Source: Mobula hypostoma (lineage: Eukaryota). From it: a DNA stretch of 64,000 bases. Made by a program: the position numbers and the translations under genes. Positions 35,006 through 48,714 of this stretch are shown one piece after another. The DNA lies in NCBI RefSeq assembly GCF_963921235.1, contig NC_086097.1:155250001-155314000 (forward strand). The letters run 5' to 3'. Numbering within the stretch: position 1 is the first letter of the stretch; every line of letters begins with the position of its first letter. The notes below the pieces were generated by a model. The model was not told the origin of the DNA. It did not search any database and saw only the letters and a list, made by a program, of their open reading frames with translations.

Positions 35006-35864
35006 TATCATCAAGATCTTGCTCGTAACTACAAAATAATGAAAAATGTTTGTGGATACAGTTCAGCACATCATGGAAACCATCCTCCCCACCATGAACT
35101 GTGTCGGCCCGTCCCACTATCTCAGCAAAAACACCGGCTTATTCAAAGACCTCTCCCATACCAGATATTTTCCCCTCTCCCGTCTCCCATCAGACGGCAG
35201 ATACAAAAGCCTTAAAGCACAAACTAGCACCCGACACAAGAACAGCTTCTATCTTTCTGTTATAAGACGATTGAACTGTCCCCTTATACAATAAGATGGA
35301 CTCTTTATTTCACAATCTATCTCAATATGATCTTGAAAGTGATCAAAAGAATCTGCAGTGGGATGGACGTAGCTTTGCGCATCACCGAAACCAGCCTCCC
35401 CTCCACTGACTCTGTCTGCACTTCTCACTGCCTCAGTAAAGCAGCCAGAATAATCAAAGACCCCTCCCACCTCAGACAATATTTCTTACTACCTCCGGCA
35501 AAAGACTCAAAAACCCGAAAGCATGCACCACTCAGCACAAGGACAGCTTCTACCCCGTTTTAAAAAACTATTGGCAGATACAGTAGGGACAATTAGAAAC
35601 TTAGATAGGCACATGGATGATAGAAAAAATGTGGGCTCTGTGGGAGGGATTAGATGGATCTCAGAATACTTTGAAAGGTCCGATCAACGTCATGAGCTGA
35701 ATAGCCTGTACTTGGATAGACTCTTGAACTCATTTTGATCTTGCACTTGATTGCTTACTTGTACTGCACTTTCTTTGTGACTGCTAAACTTTATTCTGCC
35801 TTCTGTTAGATTTTTTTTACATTGTACCCATTGCACTAAGTAATCTGTATGAACACTTTGCAAG

Positions 35865-36260
35865 ATAAGTGGCCAAATCAGAGTCCAGACCTCAATACAA
35901 TTGAGAAGCTGGCTGGATTTTAAAAGGGCTGTTCACCCATGATCCCCATGCAATCTGACTGAGGTTGAGCAGTGCTGTAAAGAAGAATGGGGAAAAACTG
36001 CAGTGCCCATATGCGTAAAGCTGATAAATACCTATCTGCACAGACTCAAGACTATAATTGCTGCCAAAAGTGCATCTCCTCAATACTGACTTGAAGGAGG
36101 AGAATACTTATGCAATCAGTTATTTTGTGTTTTATATTTGTAATTAATTTATTTCACTTTGTTTTGACGAGTTTTTTTCTGTTGATCAGATTTTGTAAAA
36201 AGTGAAATTAAATCCACTGAGATCCAATGTTGTAAAATAATAAAATGTGAAAACTTTATA
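35865..36260 (+). mobile_element. Tc1-like transposon 3' remnant
   Basis: Decayed WP..SPDLN.IE coding (tggccaaatcagagtccagacctcaatacaattgag) and terminal ...aaaactttatataggcacta. Confidence 0.6.
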
Positions 36261-36559
36261 TAGGCACTATCGTTGAGGGACCGAGTGGAATGCCTTCCCC
36301 GCACCCCCGGTCTGGGGTCCTGAAGATGGGATGCCAACCCGGAGGGAGAACCTGTGAACTGAGCATTATGTCATCCAAGTAAAGCCGATGGGGTGAGCGG
36401 AGCCAGGCTCCCAAACCCGGGTTACGTGGTGGAGTGGATCCCCTGCCATCTTTGCAGCCTGCACCAGGGATCCCAAGACACCACAGCCACGGGAGGATGA
36501 GCAACAAGGTAGGTACCACTAATACCACCAGGGAAAGAGGAAGACCAACAGGCCCCAGC

Positions 36560-38050
36560 ATTTAATGCCACAATGTCCACCCTCCAATCTCCTAGTGCAC
36601 ACTGCCATTTTTGATGACGCTTTGCGGAACGTGGAAGAGATCTTTGCCGCCATCTGCCAGGTGAATCAGCCTCTCTGCCGTGCAAAATGCAGTTTGCTGC
36701 GCCACCAGACGAAGTTACTGGGGCACATGTTGAATGTGGAAATAAGTGGCAACTGACCCTGAGAACGTGGTGGCGGACAGGGAATGACAGATCCCTTGCA
36801 TTGTCTCCGAGCTTCTTGGCATCGCAGGGCTGGTATCATACTACTGTCCATTTATTACAGACTTCACCACCATCGGCAGTTCCCTGCAGCAGCTCACATA
36901 CAAGGGAAAACCCTTCGCCTGGACTGACACCTGCGCTGCCACCTTAAACCAGTTCCGAGCTGCGCTCACCAAGCCTTGGTGCTGGCAGGCATACCCCAAT
37001 CCAGCACGCCCTTTCATTGATGACACAGACACCAGCAACAGTGGGCTCAGCGCAGTGCTGTCACAGGAGGGATACCAAGGAAAATGCAGTTTGGCATACT
37101 TCAGCTGCACCCGGTGCTGCCCAGAAATGAACTATTTTGTCACCCATCAGGAGCTCTTGGCCACTTTCACCCCTACCTCTTCAGCCGACTGATCCTGCTT
37201 CACATGGAGTATGCGCCGTTGACCTGGCTATTGAGCTTCCATGGTCCCAAGAGGCAGCTGGTGCGGTAGCTGGAAGCTCTCCATGACTACGATTTTGAGG
37301 AGCGGCACCGTGCCGGAAGGCACCACAGCAATGCTGACGTCCATTCTCCTCGTCCCTGTGAGGCCACTGAGTGTCACTACAGTTGCCACCTCGAAAATGG
37401 AGCCAGCAGCAAGCATGGTGGCGACAGTTCAGGCGGCGGCCCGTGGTGAGATAGACCTCCCCATCATTGAGCACAAGCAGCTGCACTGCGAACACGAAAG
37501 TGATGTCACGCTGGCCCGGTTGAAGGGGTAGCTGCATATTGGACGGTGGCTGGAGTGGGCAGAGGTCTCCACCCTGGATCTAGAGACGAAAGCCCTACAC
37601 TCTCAGTGGGGCATACTGGAGGTGCACGATGGGTGGTTGTTACAGCAGTGGCGGTTTTCAGATGGCAACAGACATCTTCTGCAACTGTTGGTGCCCCAGG
37701 GCTTCTGTGCCGTCGTGCAGCAGTGGGTGCAGAGGCTGGTCAGGGCCTTCCACTTCGGTGTTGCAAAGACATTGGGCAAGCTGCATGAATGCTTCTACTG
37801 GCCTGCGTGCAGTCAGCAGTCAGGACGTGGAGCTGTTTGTACACTTGCACATCTCAGAAGGGGCTATACCACCAATGCAGCAGTACCTGGTGGGGGTCCC
37901 AATGGAGTGCGTAGGGTGGCCATCTTGGACCCCAAACCCTCACCGACAGCAGGAAGCACTACGTTCTTGTGGCCATGGATTACTTCATGAAGTGGCCAGA
38001 GGCATACATGGACCCGGACCAGAGCCGCCACCACCACGCTGCTGTTGGAG
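36560..38050 (+). mobile_element. Gypsy pol remnant (RT, RNase H, integrase), heavily degraded
   Basis: AKCSLLRHQTKLLGH, an FIDDTDTSNSGLSAVLSQ-like segment, HFGVAKTLGKLHECFYWP and VAMDYFMKWPEA; GC-rich. Confidence 0.75.
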
Positions 38051-41000
38051 GCTTCCAGTGAGATTTTGTCACTCTGTGCCTCCTCATCAATAGGCAAAGC
38101 CGGCAGCACACTCTCATGACCACGCTCATCACAAAGGAAATGTTGCTCTGAGGGGGTGTCCATAATGAACAATCGACCACCGTGGAATTACTGAGCGACC
38201 TACTCCACAGTAACATCTGGTATTGTCCGCGGATATTTCTCACAGTGCAAATAGGGCCTTGGCTTGTACAAATTAAGCAAAAACACTTTTCTCCCAAAAC
38301 TTCAGCAGTTTCAAAGCGACTGCATTGGCCAACATGTTCAATAACTCTGGAATCGTCCCAGAGCATCCGGGTCTCCAGTGTAGGCTTTCACAGATAAAAT
38401 GGGTGAGGTGTTTTAAGTTCAAGGGAACCCTTAATAAACTCCCTTTTTCCCCTCCAAATGTTCAGTGTAAAGCATGGTTAAAAAAAGTAATCAAGTCAGA
38501 CTAGCTTCTTAAAATGAACCCCAACTCAATGCTGGTGCTTGTGAATTACTGTATGTACATTTCCTACAATTGCATATATCGATGAAACAATTAGGCCTAC
38601 ACAGCAATGTTCCATTAAATCTCCAAAAAAAAACACAATTCGACGAGAACAGTCCCAGCTTTTGAGACCGTTCCTTCTCTCCCTCACTCCATCTGCTATC
38701 ACACAACACCCCGCCACACAACCTGGATCCACACATCAGGTACCTGATCTTGCCCCACCACTTTATAATTGTTATCTCACCTCTATCCCTCATTCCAGCG
38801 ACACCAATTGTTCATTCCCCTCCACAAATGTTTCCTGATCTGCTGAGTTTTTCCAGCGGTTTGTGTGTTGCTTCAGATTCCAGCATTCAGTCTCGTTGAA
38901 GTGGCAGGTACAGTGAAGGGAAGGATATCGTCATGCAGTTTGGTGGAAGGAATAAAGGCAGAGATTTTCAAAAGGGGAGCAAATTCAGAAATTTGAGGTG
39001 CAAAGGGACGGAACAGTCCTCATGCAGGATTCCCAATGGAGCAACTTGCAGGTTAAGCCAGTGATATGGACGGGAAATGCAATGTTAACATTACTTCGAG
39101 AGGTCTCGACTGTAAAATAAAGTGTGTAATGGAAGATTTTATAAAGCATTGGTCAGAACATACTTGCAGTATTGTGAACAGTTTTGGAGCACTATCCAAG
39201 ATAGAATATGATATCGGCACTCGAAAAACTGAGTCACAGGGGAAGGTTGGACAGGCTGATCTTTATTCTTTCCAGTGTCAGAGACTGAGGGGTGACCTTA
39301 TGGATGTGTCTAAAATTGTGAGCGGGATAGAGAGTGTATACATCAACAAAGACTATCACAAATTTCTATAGATGTACCGTGCAGAGCATTCTGATGGATT
39401 GCATCACTTTCTAGTATGGAGGGGTCACTGCACAGGATCGGGAAAGTTGCAAACAGTTGTAAACTCAGCTGGCTCCATTCTGGGTATCGATCGCCCCAGC
39501 ATCGAAAACATCTTCAGAATGTGATGCCTCAAAAAGACAGCGTTCATCAAAAAGGACCCCCATCACCCAGGACATACTCTCTTCTGATTGCTACCATCAA
39601 GAGGGGGATACCGGAGCCTGAAGACACATACTCAATACTTCAAGAACAATTTCTCCCGCTCCCCCCACCCCCCACCATTATCAGTTTTCTGAATGGACAA
39701 TAAACCGATGAACACTTCGCCAACATTTTCCCTCTCTTTTTGCACTACTTACTTACTTCGATTTTTATTTATCATTGTAATTTATTGTTTTTTTACAATT
39801 ATGTATTGCTGCTGCAAAACAACAAATTTCACACAACATATGCCAGTGATATTAAACCTGATTCTGATTTGCACAGACTTTTTCCAGAGATGTGGATTCA
39901 AGAACTAGAGGATGAAAGAAATACAGAAGCTGGAAACCTGAGATTAAAACAGAAAATGCCAGAAACACTCAGTGGGCCAGGCAGCATCTTTAGGGAAAGA
40001 AACAGAGTGACCGTTTCATCCCCGAGGTCGAAGAGCTTCATAAATAGCACCCGTGTTCAGGATTGAACCAGGTTCTCTGACACTCGGCTTTCTGCCTCAA
40101 CCAACGTTGGTCACCTGGGGGGTCCATGCTCTACAAGTAACACATAAAATAGCTGAAGATGCGCAGAGAAGCTGCAAGAGTTTTTGTTCTCCTTTACATT
40201 TGTGTACTGGAAATGAAATTTAACAATTTTGAAACTTTAGTCAGAATAGCAAACATTAGGACAGAACACGAAGCACTCAAACAATTACCTAGGAGTGTAT
40301 GGGCCCCTTTTACTGCAGAACACATCCCACACTGTCCAATCAGCAGTGCTGTTCACAACTAGTCCGAGAATTACTCTCAAGCCCCCAACTGCTCTACTTC
40401 GAGACCGATCCACTGATATGAAATGCTGCAGTAAGTAAACCAATACCTTAACACTAGCTGTAAACACCAAAGCAGAACCAATCATCCCTCTTCATCATTT
40501 TTCACGAGTCCCAATCCTGTATTCATCGAACTTTCATGTTCCCACGATTGTATTTCCATAGTATAATCAAAGCACCTGCAGAAAGTTCTATTAAATTCAA
40601 GGCCCTGATGGTGAGACAAGCACCAAGATTAACTCTTTACCATACATTTCGATGGACCACTTTTGGAACATCATGTTCAGTTCTGGTCACCTCATTGTAG
40701 GAATGATGTAGAAGCTTTGGCGAAGGTGCAGAGAAAACTTACCAGAATGCTACCTGCATTAGAGAACATATCTTATGGGGAAAGGTTAAATGAGCTAAGA
40801 CTTTTTGGAGCAAAGGAAGATGAGAGGTGACAGGATAGAGGTGTGCAACATGATAAGTGGCACAGATAGACAATAGACAATAGGTGCATTAGATAATTCT
40901 GTTTAACGCTGCACTCGCTCCATAGCAAGAAAGTCCTTCCTCAAATTTGGAGACCAAAACTGCACACAATGCCTCCAGGTGGGGTCTCGCCAGGGCTTTG

Positions 41001-43147
41001 TACAACTGCAGAAGGACCTCTTTGCTCCTATACTCATCTCCCCTTGTTATGAAGGCCAACATGCCATTAGTTTTCTTCACTGCCTGCTGTACCTGTATGC
41101 TTATTTTCAGTGACTGATGAACAAGGACAGCCAGATCTCATTGTACTTCCCCTTTTCCTAACTTGACACCATTCAGATAGTAATCTGCCTTCCTGTTCTT
41201 GCCACCAAAGTGGATAAACTCACATTTATCCACATTAAACTGCATCTGCCCACTCACCCAACCTGTCCAAGTAACCCTGTATTCTCATAACATCCTCCTC
41301 ACATTTCACACTGTCACCCAGCTTTGTGTCATCTGCAAATTTGCTAATGTTACTTTTAATCCCTTCATCTAAATCATTAATGTATATTGTAAACAACTGC
41401 GGTCCCAGCAGTGAACCCCGCGGTACCCCACTGGTCACCGTCTGCCATTCCAAAAGGGACCCATTAATCGCTACTCTTTGTTTCCTGTCAGACAGCCAAT
41501 TTTCAATCCATGTCAGTACTCTGCCCCCAATGTGCCCTAATTTTGCCCACTATTCTCCTATGTGGGACTTTATCAAAGGCTTTCTGAAAGTCCAGGTACA
41601 CTACATCCACTGGCTCTCCCTTATCCAGGCCGGTGGGGATTTGACGGAGGAGGAAGGGGAGGGGGAAAATTTTAAGCACAGAATCCTGAGGAAGGGTCTG
41701 TCTTGGCTTAAAATTACTTTTTATATTTCTTACTGCAAAACAAACTTCAAGACTTATGTCAGTGACAATAAACCTGAATCCTGTACCTTATGTACTTCTA
41801 AGTCAGGGCTTGGAGGGCACTGTTGGAGAAGACCACAAGATATAGGAGCAGAATCAGGCCATTTGGTCCATCAAGTCTGTGCCACCATTTCATCATGGCT
41901 GATCCACTTTTCCTCTCAGCCCCAATCTCTGTATCATCTCATGCCCTAACCAATCAAGAATCTGTCAATCTCTGCCTTAAATATATGTAAAGAGTTAGCC
42001 TCCACAGCTGCCTGTGTCAAGAAATTCCATAGATTCACCACTCTGGCTAAAGAAATTCCCCCTCATCTCCATTCTAAAACGACACCCTTCTGCTCTGAGG
42101 CTTTGTTCTCTGGTCCTAGAATGTCCAACCAGAGGAAACATCCTCTCCACATCCACTCTATCATGACCTTTCACCATTCAATAGGTTTCCAATAGGTCAT
42201 CCCTCACTCTTCTAAACTCCAGTCAATACAGGCTCAGAGCCATCAAATGCTCTTCGTTTGACAAGCCATTTCATACTGGAATCATTTTAATTCACCTCAT
42301 TTGACCCTCTCCTGTTTCAGCACATCCTTTCTAAGATAAGGGCCCCTAAATTGTTCATAATACTCCGTGAGGCCTCACCAGTGCTTCATAAAGTCTCAAC
42401 AATACACCTTTGCTTTTATAGTCCAGTCCTCCAGAAATGAATGCTAACATTGCATCTGACTTTCTTACAACAGACTCAACATGCAAATTAATCTTTAAGG
42501 AGTCCTGCACAAGGCCTCCAAAATCTCTTTGTGCCTCAGATTTTTGTAATTTCTCTCCATTAGGAAAAGAGTTAACCATTTCATTTCTTCTACCGATGTG
42601 CATGACCATACATTTCCCAAAACCATATTCCATCAGTCACTTCTTTGTCCATTTTCCTAATCAAAGTCCTTCTGTAGCCTCTCAATTTCCTCAAAACTAA
42701 CTACCACTCCACCTATCTTTGTATCATTGGCAAATTTTGCAACAAAGCTATCAATTCCATCATCCAAATCATTGACAAATAAAGTAAAAAGAATCGGACC
42801 CCTGTGGAATACCACCTGTCACTGGCAGCCAACCAGAAAAGAACTCCCTTTATTTTCACTCTTTGCCTTCTACCCTGCTAGAATATTTCCTGTAATATCA
42901 CGGGCTTGTAGCTTGTTAAACAGCCTCATGTGTGGCATTTTGTCAAAGACCTTCTGAAAAGACAAGTACACAACTTCAACCAATTCTCCTTTGTCTAACC
43001 TGCTTGTTGTTTCTTCAAAGAATTCCAACAGATTGAACAGGCAAATTTTTCTCTTGAGGAAACATTGCTGACTCGGGACTATTGTATCACATGCAGAAGG
43101 ACAAGGGTGAAATTGAACCCTCCCTTCCTGGCACACCCCAGGCATAC

Positions 43148-43370
43148 TTAGCAAATGTCCAGCTGCTCTCTCCATTTCATGCTGGAGTTTCTGTTCAAGA
43201 GTATGATAAGGCTATCGATCCAGTGCTGGGCTTCCTTTGCAATGTTGGCCACCAGGTCCAAGTTCTTTTTCCTCTCCTTAAACACAATGGTGAAGCTGCA
43301 TTTGTGCACTTCTCCGAGATCATGCCTGACGAGTGACCTGCCCTCAGCTCCAAGATGTCAATGATCGAGA
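43148..43370 (-). pseudogene. PLCD1: PLC-delta PH-domain exon, frameshifted (copy B)
   Basis: Duplicate of 4470..4692 with the same frameshift. Confidence 0.85.
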
Positions 43371-46300
43371 CTGAAGGGGGTCGGGTAGGTCAGGGGTGGG
43401 GGAGAACAGCAGCAGAGATCAAAACAAGATATTCACATTCAGATTAATAAACACCACCTGCAGCTACTGAAAATCCCTATTAACGCACATAAAATGCTGG
43501 AGGGACTGAGCAGGTCAGGCAGAATCAATGGAGAGAAATAATGAGTTAAGTAAAATAAACTTGGGTGATGAAAGAACTTTGCAACACAGGTCGTTAAGAT
43601 GGCAAAGAAGGCATCTGGAATATTTGCCTTGATTGGGCAGAGGATTGAATAGAAGACGTTGCAACTTAAAAATTTGGTTAGGCCAATTTTGTGGCCACTC
43701 TTCCCATTACAAGAAGGATGTGAGAGCTTTGGAGAGGGTGTCAGAGTGTTTCCCCAGGATGTTGGCTGGATTTGATGGTGTGAGCTCCAAGGAGAGTTTG
43801 ACAACTTAGGTTGTTTTCTTGGAGTATTGGAGGCTGAGAAAAAAGACACAGTAGAATTATGTACAATTATGAGAGATACAGTATAGATAGGGTGGACAGT
43901 TACAATCTTTTTCCCAGGATATAAATGGTAAATACTAGAGAATGTGCATTTAAAGTGAGAAAGTGAAAAGAGATGTGCGGGACAAGGTTTTGCACACAGA
44001 GAGTGGTGATTGCCCTGGAACAGGCTGCGAGGGGTAGTGGTAGAAGCAGACAGAAAAGTGATGTATAGAGACCCGTGGACCTTAAGGTATTATATTTCAA
44101 TGCAGCCAGTATATAGAACAATGTAGAAAACCTTGTATTGCAGTTAGAGATCGGCAGGTATGATATTGTGGGTCTCACCGAGTCGTTACTGAAAGAAGAT
44201 CATAGTTGGGACCTTTAAATCCAAGGATATACATCGCATCAAACGTACAGGCAGGTAGGCAGAGGGTGCGGGTGGCTCTGTTGGTAAAAAAAAATGATTA
44301 CAAATCCTTAGAAAGAGGTGACATTGGATCTGAAGATGTAGAATGCTTGTGGATAGAGTTTAAAAAACAATGGAATACAAGCCTCTGAACAACAGCCAGG
44401 ATGTTGGCTACAAATTACAACAGGAGATAGGAAAAGCATGTCAAAAAGGCAATGTTACTATAGTCATGGCAGATTTCTATATGCATGTAGATTCCGAAAA
44501 TCATGATGGTGATGCATCTCAGCAGAATTACAGTAGCTTTGGTTGAACTTACTAACAGAAAGGCAATTCTGGATTCAGTGCTAAGAAAGGAACTACATTT
44601 GATTAGGGTGGTTCAGGGTAAAGGAAAACTTCAAAGGATATCAAGTTTTTTTTTGCATCAGTCTTCACAGTAGAAGACACTAGCATGCCAGAAGTTCGAG
44701 AGGCATCAAGGGGCTGAAGTGAATATAGTTGAAGGTATCGGAAAAGTGAAAGGTCCGAGGTGAATAAGTAAAATGGATCAGCATGTTATTTACTTGGATT
44801 TTTATAAGGCCTTTGACAAGGTGCCACACATGAAGCTGCTGAAGAAGCTGATGGTCCATGGTATTTCTCAGATTGATAGAAGATTGGCTGAGTAGCATGA
44901 GGCACAGAGTGGGAATAAAGGGGGCCTATTCTGGTTGGCTGCCGGTGACTAGCGGTGTTCCACAGGGTCGGTACTGGGGTAGCGTCTTTTCACATTGCCT
45001 GTCAACGATTTGGGTGATGGACCTGATGGCTTTGTGGTCAAGTTTTCAGACAATGATGGAAAGATAGGTGGAGAGACAGGTAGCATTGTGTCTGTAGAAT
45101 TATAGATCAATTAAATTAAAAGCACACACACACAGGATAGCTTTAACTGATGCATTCACTTTGCAGGGAGACAGAGAGAGAGAGAGAGATCAGTGTGCAT
45201 GCATACACAGTAGATCAATGTGCACAGGTAAATCATCAGTCCCTATGTCGTGCTAGGATGAGTAATTGCCTAAAAGAAATAGATCCATATGTTAGACTTC
45301 CTCCGGCTTTAGATGAATGTAACAATTAACTGTATTTGAAACAAAACATGAAATTTCCCTTTCACAAACCACATGAAAAAATTAAACATGATTCACAGTA
45401 ACACCCCATAACTAACTTCACTAGAGATTCAGTCTTTTGGGTGGCACTCTGTTTCTTTCAGGATATTGCCTTTGGACCTGCAGAGTGGTATCAGGTTTGG
45501 CAGGTGTCTGGTCGACAACATTCTCTGTCACTGACTATAATGTGTCCGTCTCACTGGATGCAGTCAACTCTGGCGTGTTCTTCAGCTGAACGACCAGTAC
45601 CTGCTCCATATGGCGTCTCCATGTATGATCTCCAACATCCACTGTGTACATCAATGCTCTGGATCTTGCAACTATCCTACCAAATGTTGACTTGTCTTCT
45701 CGGTAATCAGGCGCTAGGACTTCCTGTTCAACCTTGAAACTCCTTGCTGATTCACTTGGCAACTAGTTGAGTTGTTTATTCTGCACTTTCCTCCATAGAT
45801 GTGGTTTCAGGTCTATGCAAAACCTCATACTCTTGCTCATGAACAGCACTACAGGTGTTTGATTTGTCGTTGCATGAACACACAAAAAGGAAACTGTCCA
45901 CTCTGTGCTGTCGAGTAATGGCCTCCTAGTCCAGAGCTTTAACAGACCTCTTGAACCTCTTGGATGAACATTTCAGCAAACCCATTTGTTGCTGGGTGGT
46001 GTGGAGCTGACTTGATATGCCTAATATTTTTTTCATGAGTACTCTGAACTCTTGTGAAGTGTATTGTCATCCGTCGTCACTCACAATATGTTCAAGTTAG
46101 CCTTTTCTGGCAAAGATAGTCCTCAGGGTGAATGCAGCCTTTTCTGATGTGGTTGACTTCATTGGTATGACCTCTAGCCACTTCAAATGAGCATTCACAG
46201 CAATCAGAAATACGGAGTCCATGAATTGACCCAGAGAATTCATTATACACTCTTTGCATAATGAAAGACGGGCACTCCAGTGGGTGTAATGATGCCTGTG

Positions 46301-48277
46301 GGGGTACATTTTGAACTTTGTCTATCCATTCCCAGCCACCACACATAGCTTCAAGCAGGACTCTTCATCTTGACTGTACCAATGCAGATTCTCAAACACT
46401 CTGGTCTGCAGTTTAGTGGGAACCACAACACGAGATTCGCACATCAGCGTTCTTTGACATACAGACAGTTGGTCTCAACTCAGTGAGAACTCCGGAAACA
46501 GGATTACCATGAACTGTCCAACTTTCCATGAAGATGTCACAGACTTTTGACAATGTTGGGTCATTCCTTGTTTCATTTTATATTTCAGAATTTGTCACCA
46601 ACAGCTGGACTTCAAATGCTGTGTGAAACACTTCTGCTGGGTCACATTATGGGTAAAAATTCCATTACATGAATCACATACCGGCCTCCAAATAGTAGCC
46701 AAGAAGTGAGGTTGAGATTGCAAGGGGAATTGGAAAATGCATGTCAAAAGGTAATGGCACAATTGTAATGGGGGACTTTAATATGCAAGGGGATTGGGAA
46801 AATCAGGTTGGTGTTGGATCGCAAGAGAATGCCAATGAGATGGCTTTTTAGAGCAGCTTGTGCTTGTGCCGACTCAGGGAAAGGCTATCTTAGATTGGGT
46901 GTTGTGTAATAATCCAAATCCTATTACAGAGTTTAATGTAAAGGATCCCTTAGAAGGCAGTGATGATAATATGTTTGAATTCATACTGCAATTTGAAAAA
47001 GGGAAGCATAACTCACATCGCACTGGAATAAAGGGAATTAGAGGTGTGAGGAATGAGCTCCTCCAGGTGGATTGGAGGACAATACTTGCAGGGATAATGG
47101 CAGAGCAGAGACAGCTGAAATTTCTGGGACTAGTTCACAAGGCGCTGGATTGATATGTACCAGAGAGGAAGAAGTACTCAAATTCGCCTATGGGCACAAG
47201 CAATCAACAGACGATGCAATAGCCACTACTCTACATACTGTCCTCACACATCTGGAGAAGAAGGAAGCTTATGTGAGAATGCTATTCTTGGACTACAGTT
47301 CAGCATTTAACACCATAATTCCATCCAGGCTCGAGAGGAAACTCAGAGAACTCACATTGACCCCGCCTTTTGTAGCTGGATCCTGGACTTCCTGTTAGTT
47401 TGCCTACATTGATGTGGTTCCTAAAGGTTGTTATACCCGGAGATGGTAATGGGGACAATCTCCCACTGCCTATTAAATGCTCCTAAAGGCGTATGCCTCA
47501 AGTAGCCTCTGACAACCAAATCCAACTCCTGGACTTCATACGTGGCTCAGCTACTAATTTCTCTTGACAGGAGAAGGGGCAAAGGCGGGCTACTAGAGCC
47601 TTAAAACTAGTAACTTCAGACAGATGGGTCTCAGCAAACATGGTTCACTGCTCACCGAGGAGAAGGAAAACTCTGATCTCGAACCTCCACTGCCTGGAAG
47701 TTATACTCATTTATGGGGAAGGCTTCGGGAGTAAACCCCTGAGAGAAAATCCCAACCTGGAGACCCTAAGGTGGTCCTACATGGAATTCAATGCTGCTGC
47801 CACAAGAAAGCAGCATCCATCATCAAAGACCCTCATCAAAGGCCTTGCTAAAGCATCATTTTTATAAGTTCTAATGTATTTCTTTTTCCTGTAAATGCCT
47901 GCAATAAAATGAACCTTAAGGTCATATATGGTGGGCATATATTTACTTTGAGAATAAGTTTACTTTGACTTGATTCTCCTTTAACTTTACCTTTATATTG
48001 CACATAAACTGTATTTCCCTCATCAAACATTGCTGTTATTTCACTGTAATGTTTGAATTTAACAAATTTACACTGCTTTACTCCCATCACTCCATGTTTC
48101 CAAGTAACTGCTAATGGCATGCCAAATCTCCATTTCTGGAAGTTAACCAAGTATCAAGTTCATTCAGACAGACTGCTCTGTCGTTATTGGCCCTTTTACT
48201 GAGAAAGCTTATGAATCATCTTTTATATTGACTTGAGTGAAGTCTTTGAACTTTGAGATATGTTTTGTCTCACTTAC

Positions 48278-48434
48278 TTGAGTCCTGCACCAGTTTAATG
48301 AACTTGTTTCCCATGAAGGGCAATATCTCAAAGAAGACCCAGTTACCCACGGCACTTTCAACCCTGTGGAAGTGGACACTCTTGCAGTAGATAAGCAGGT
48401 CGGGCAGCTCCTTGAATAGCTTGATGTTTGCACC
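48278..48434 (-). pseudogene. PLCD1: PLC-delta Y-box first exon (copy B)
   Basis: Duplicate of 9597..9753 with the same translation and splice sites. Confidence 0.88.
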
Positions 48435-48714
48435 CTGCAAGGAAGAGTTCACAGACACACAAGTTATCCTGCCGAAGTTCACTGAGCAACCTTCAATTTC
48501 AGTAAGACCAAGGACTTCAGGAAAAGGAAGTCAAAGGAACAGACACCAGTCCTCTCCTTGGGTTCAACAGTGTTTCATCCAACATTAAGGACCACTGCAC
48601 CCAGTGATGATATACCTGATTCCTATGCTGAGTAAATCAATCCTGTGGCCAATTCAGTGCTTATTGAGGTAGACAGTGAGTGCCTAAAGGATTTAGCCTT
48701 AACCACCTGTGTCA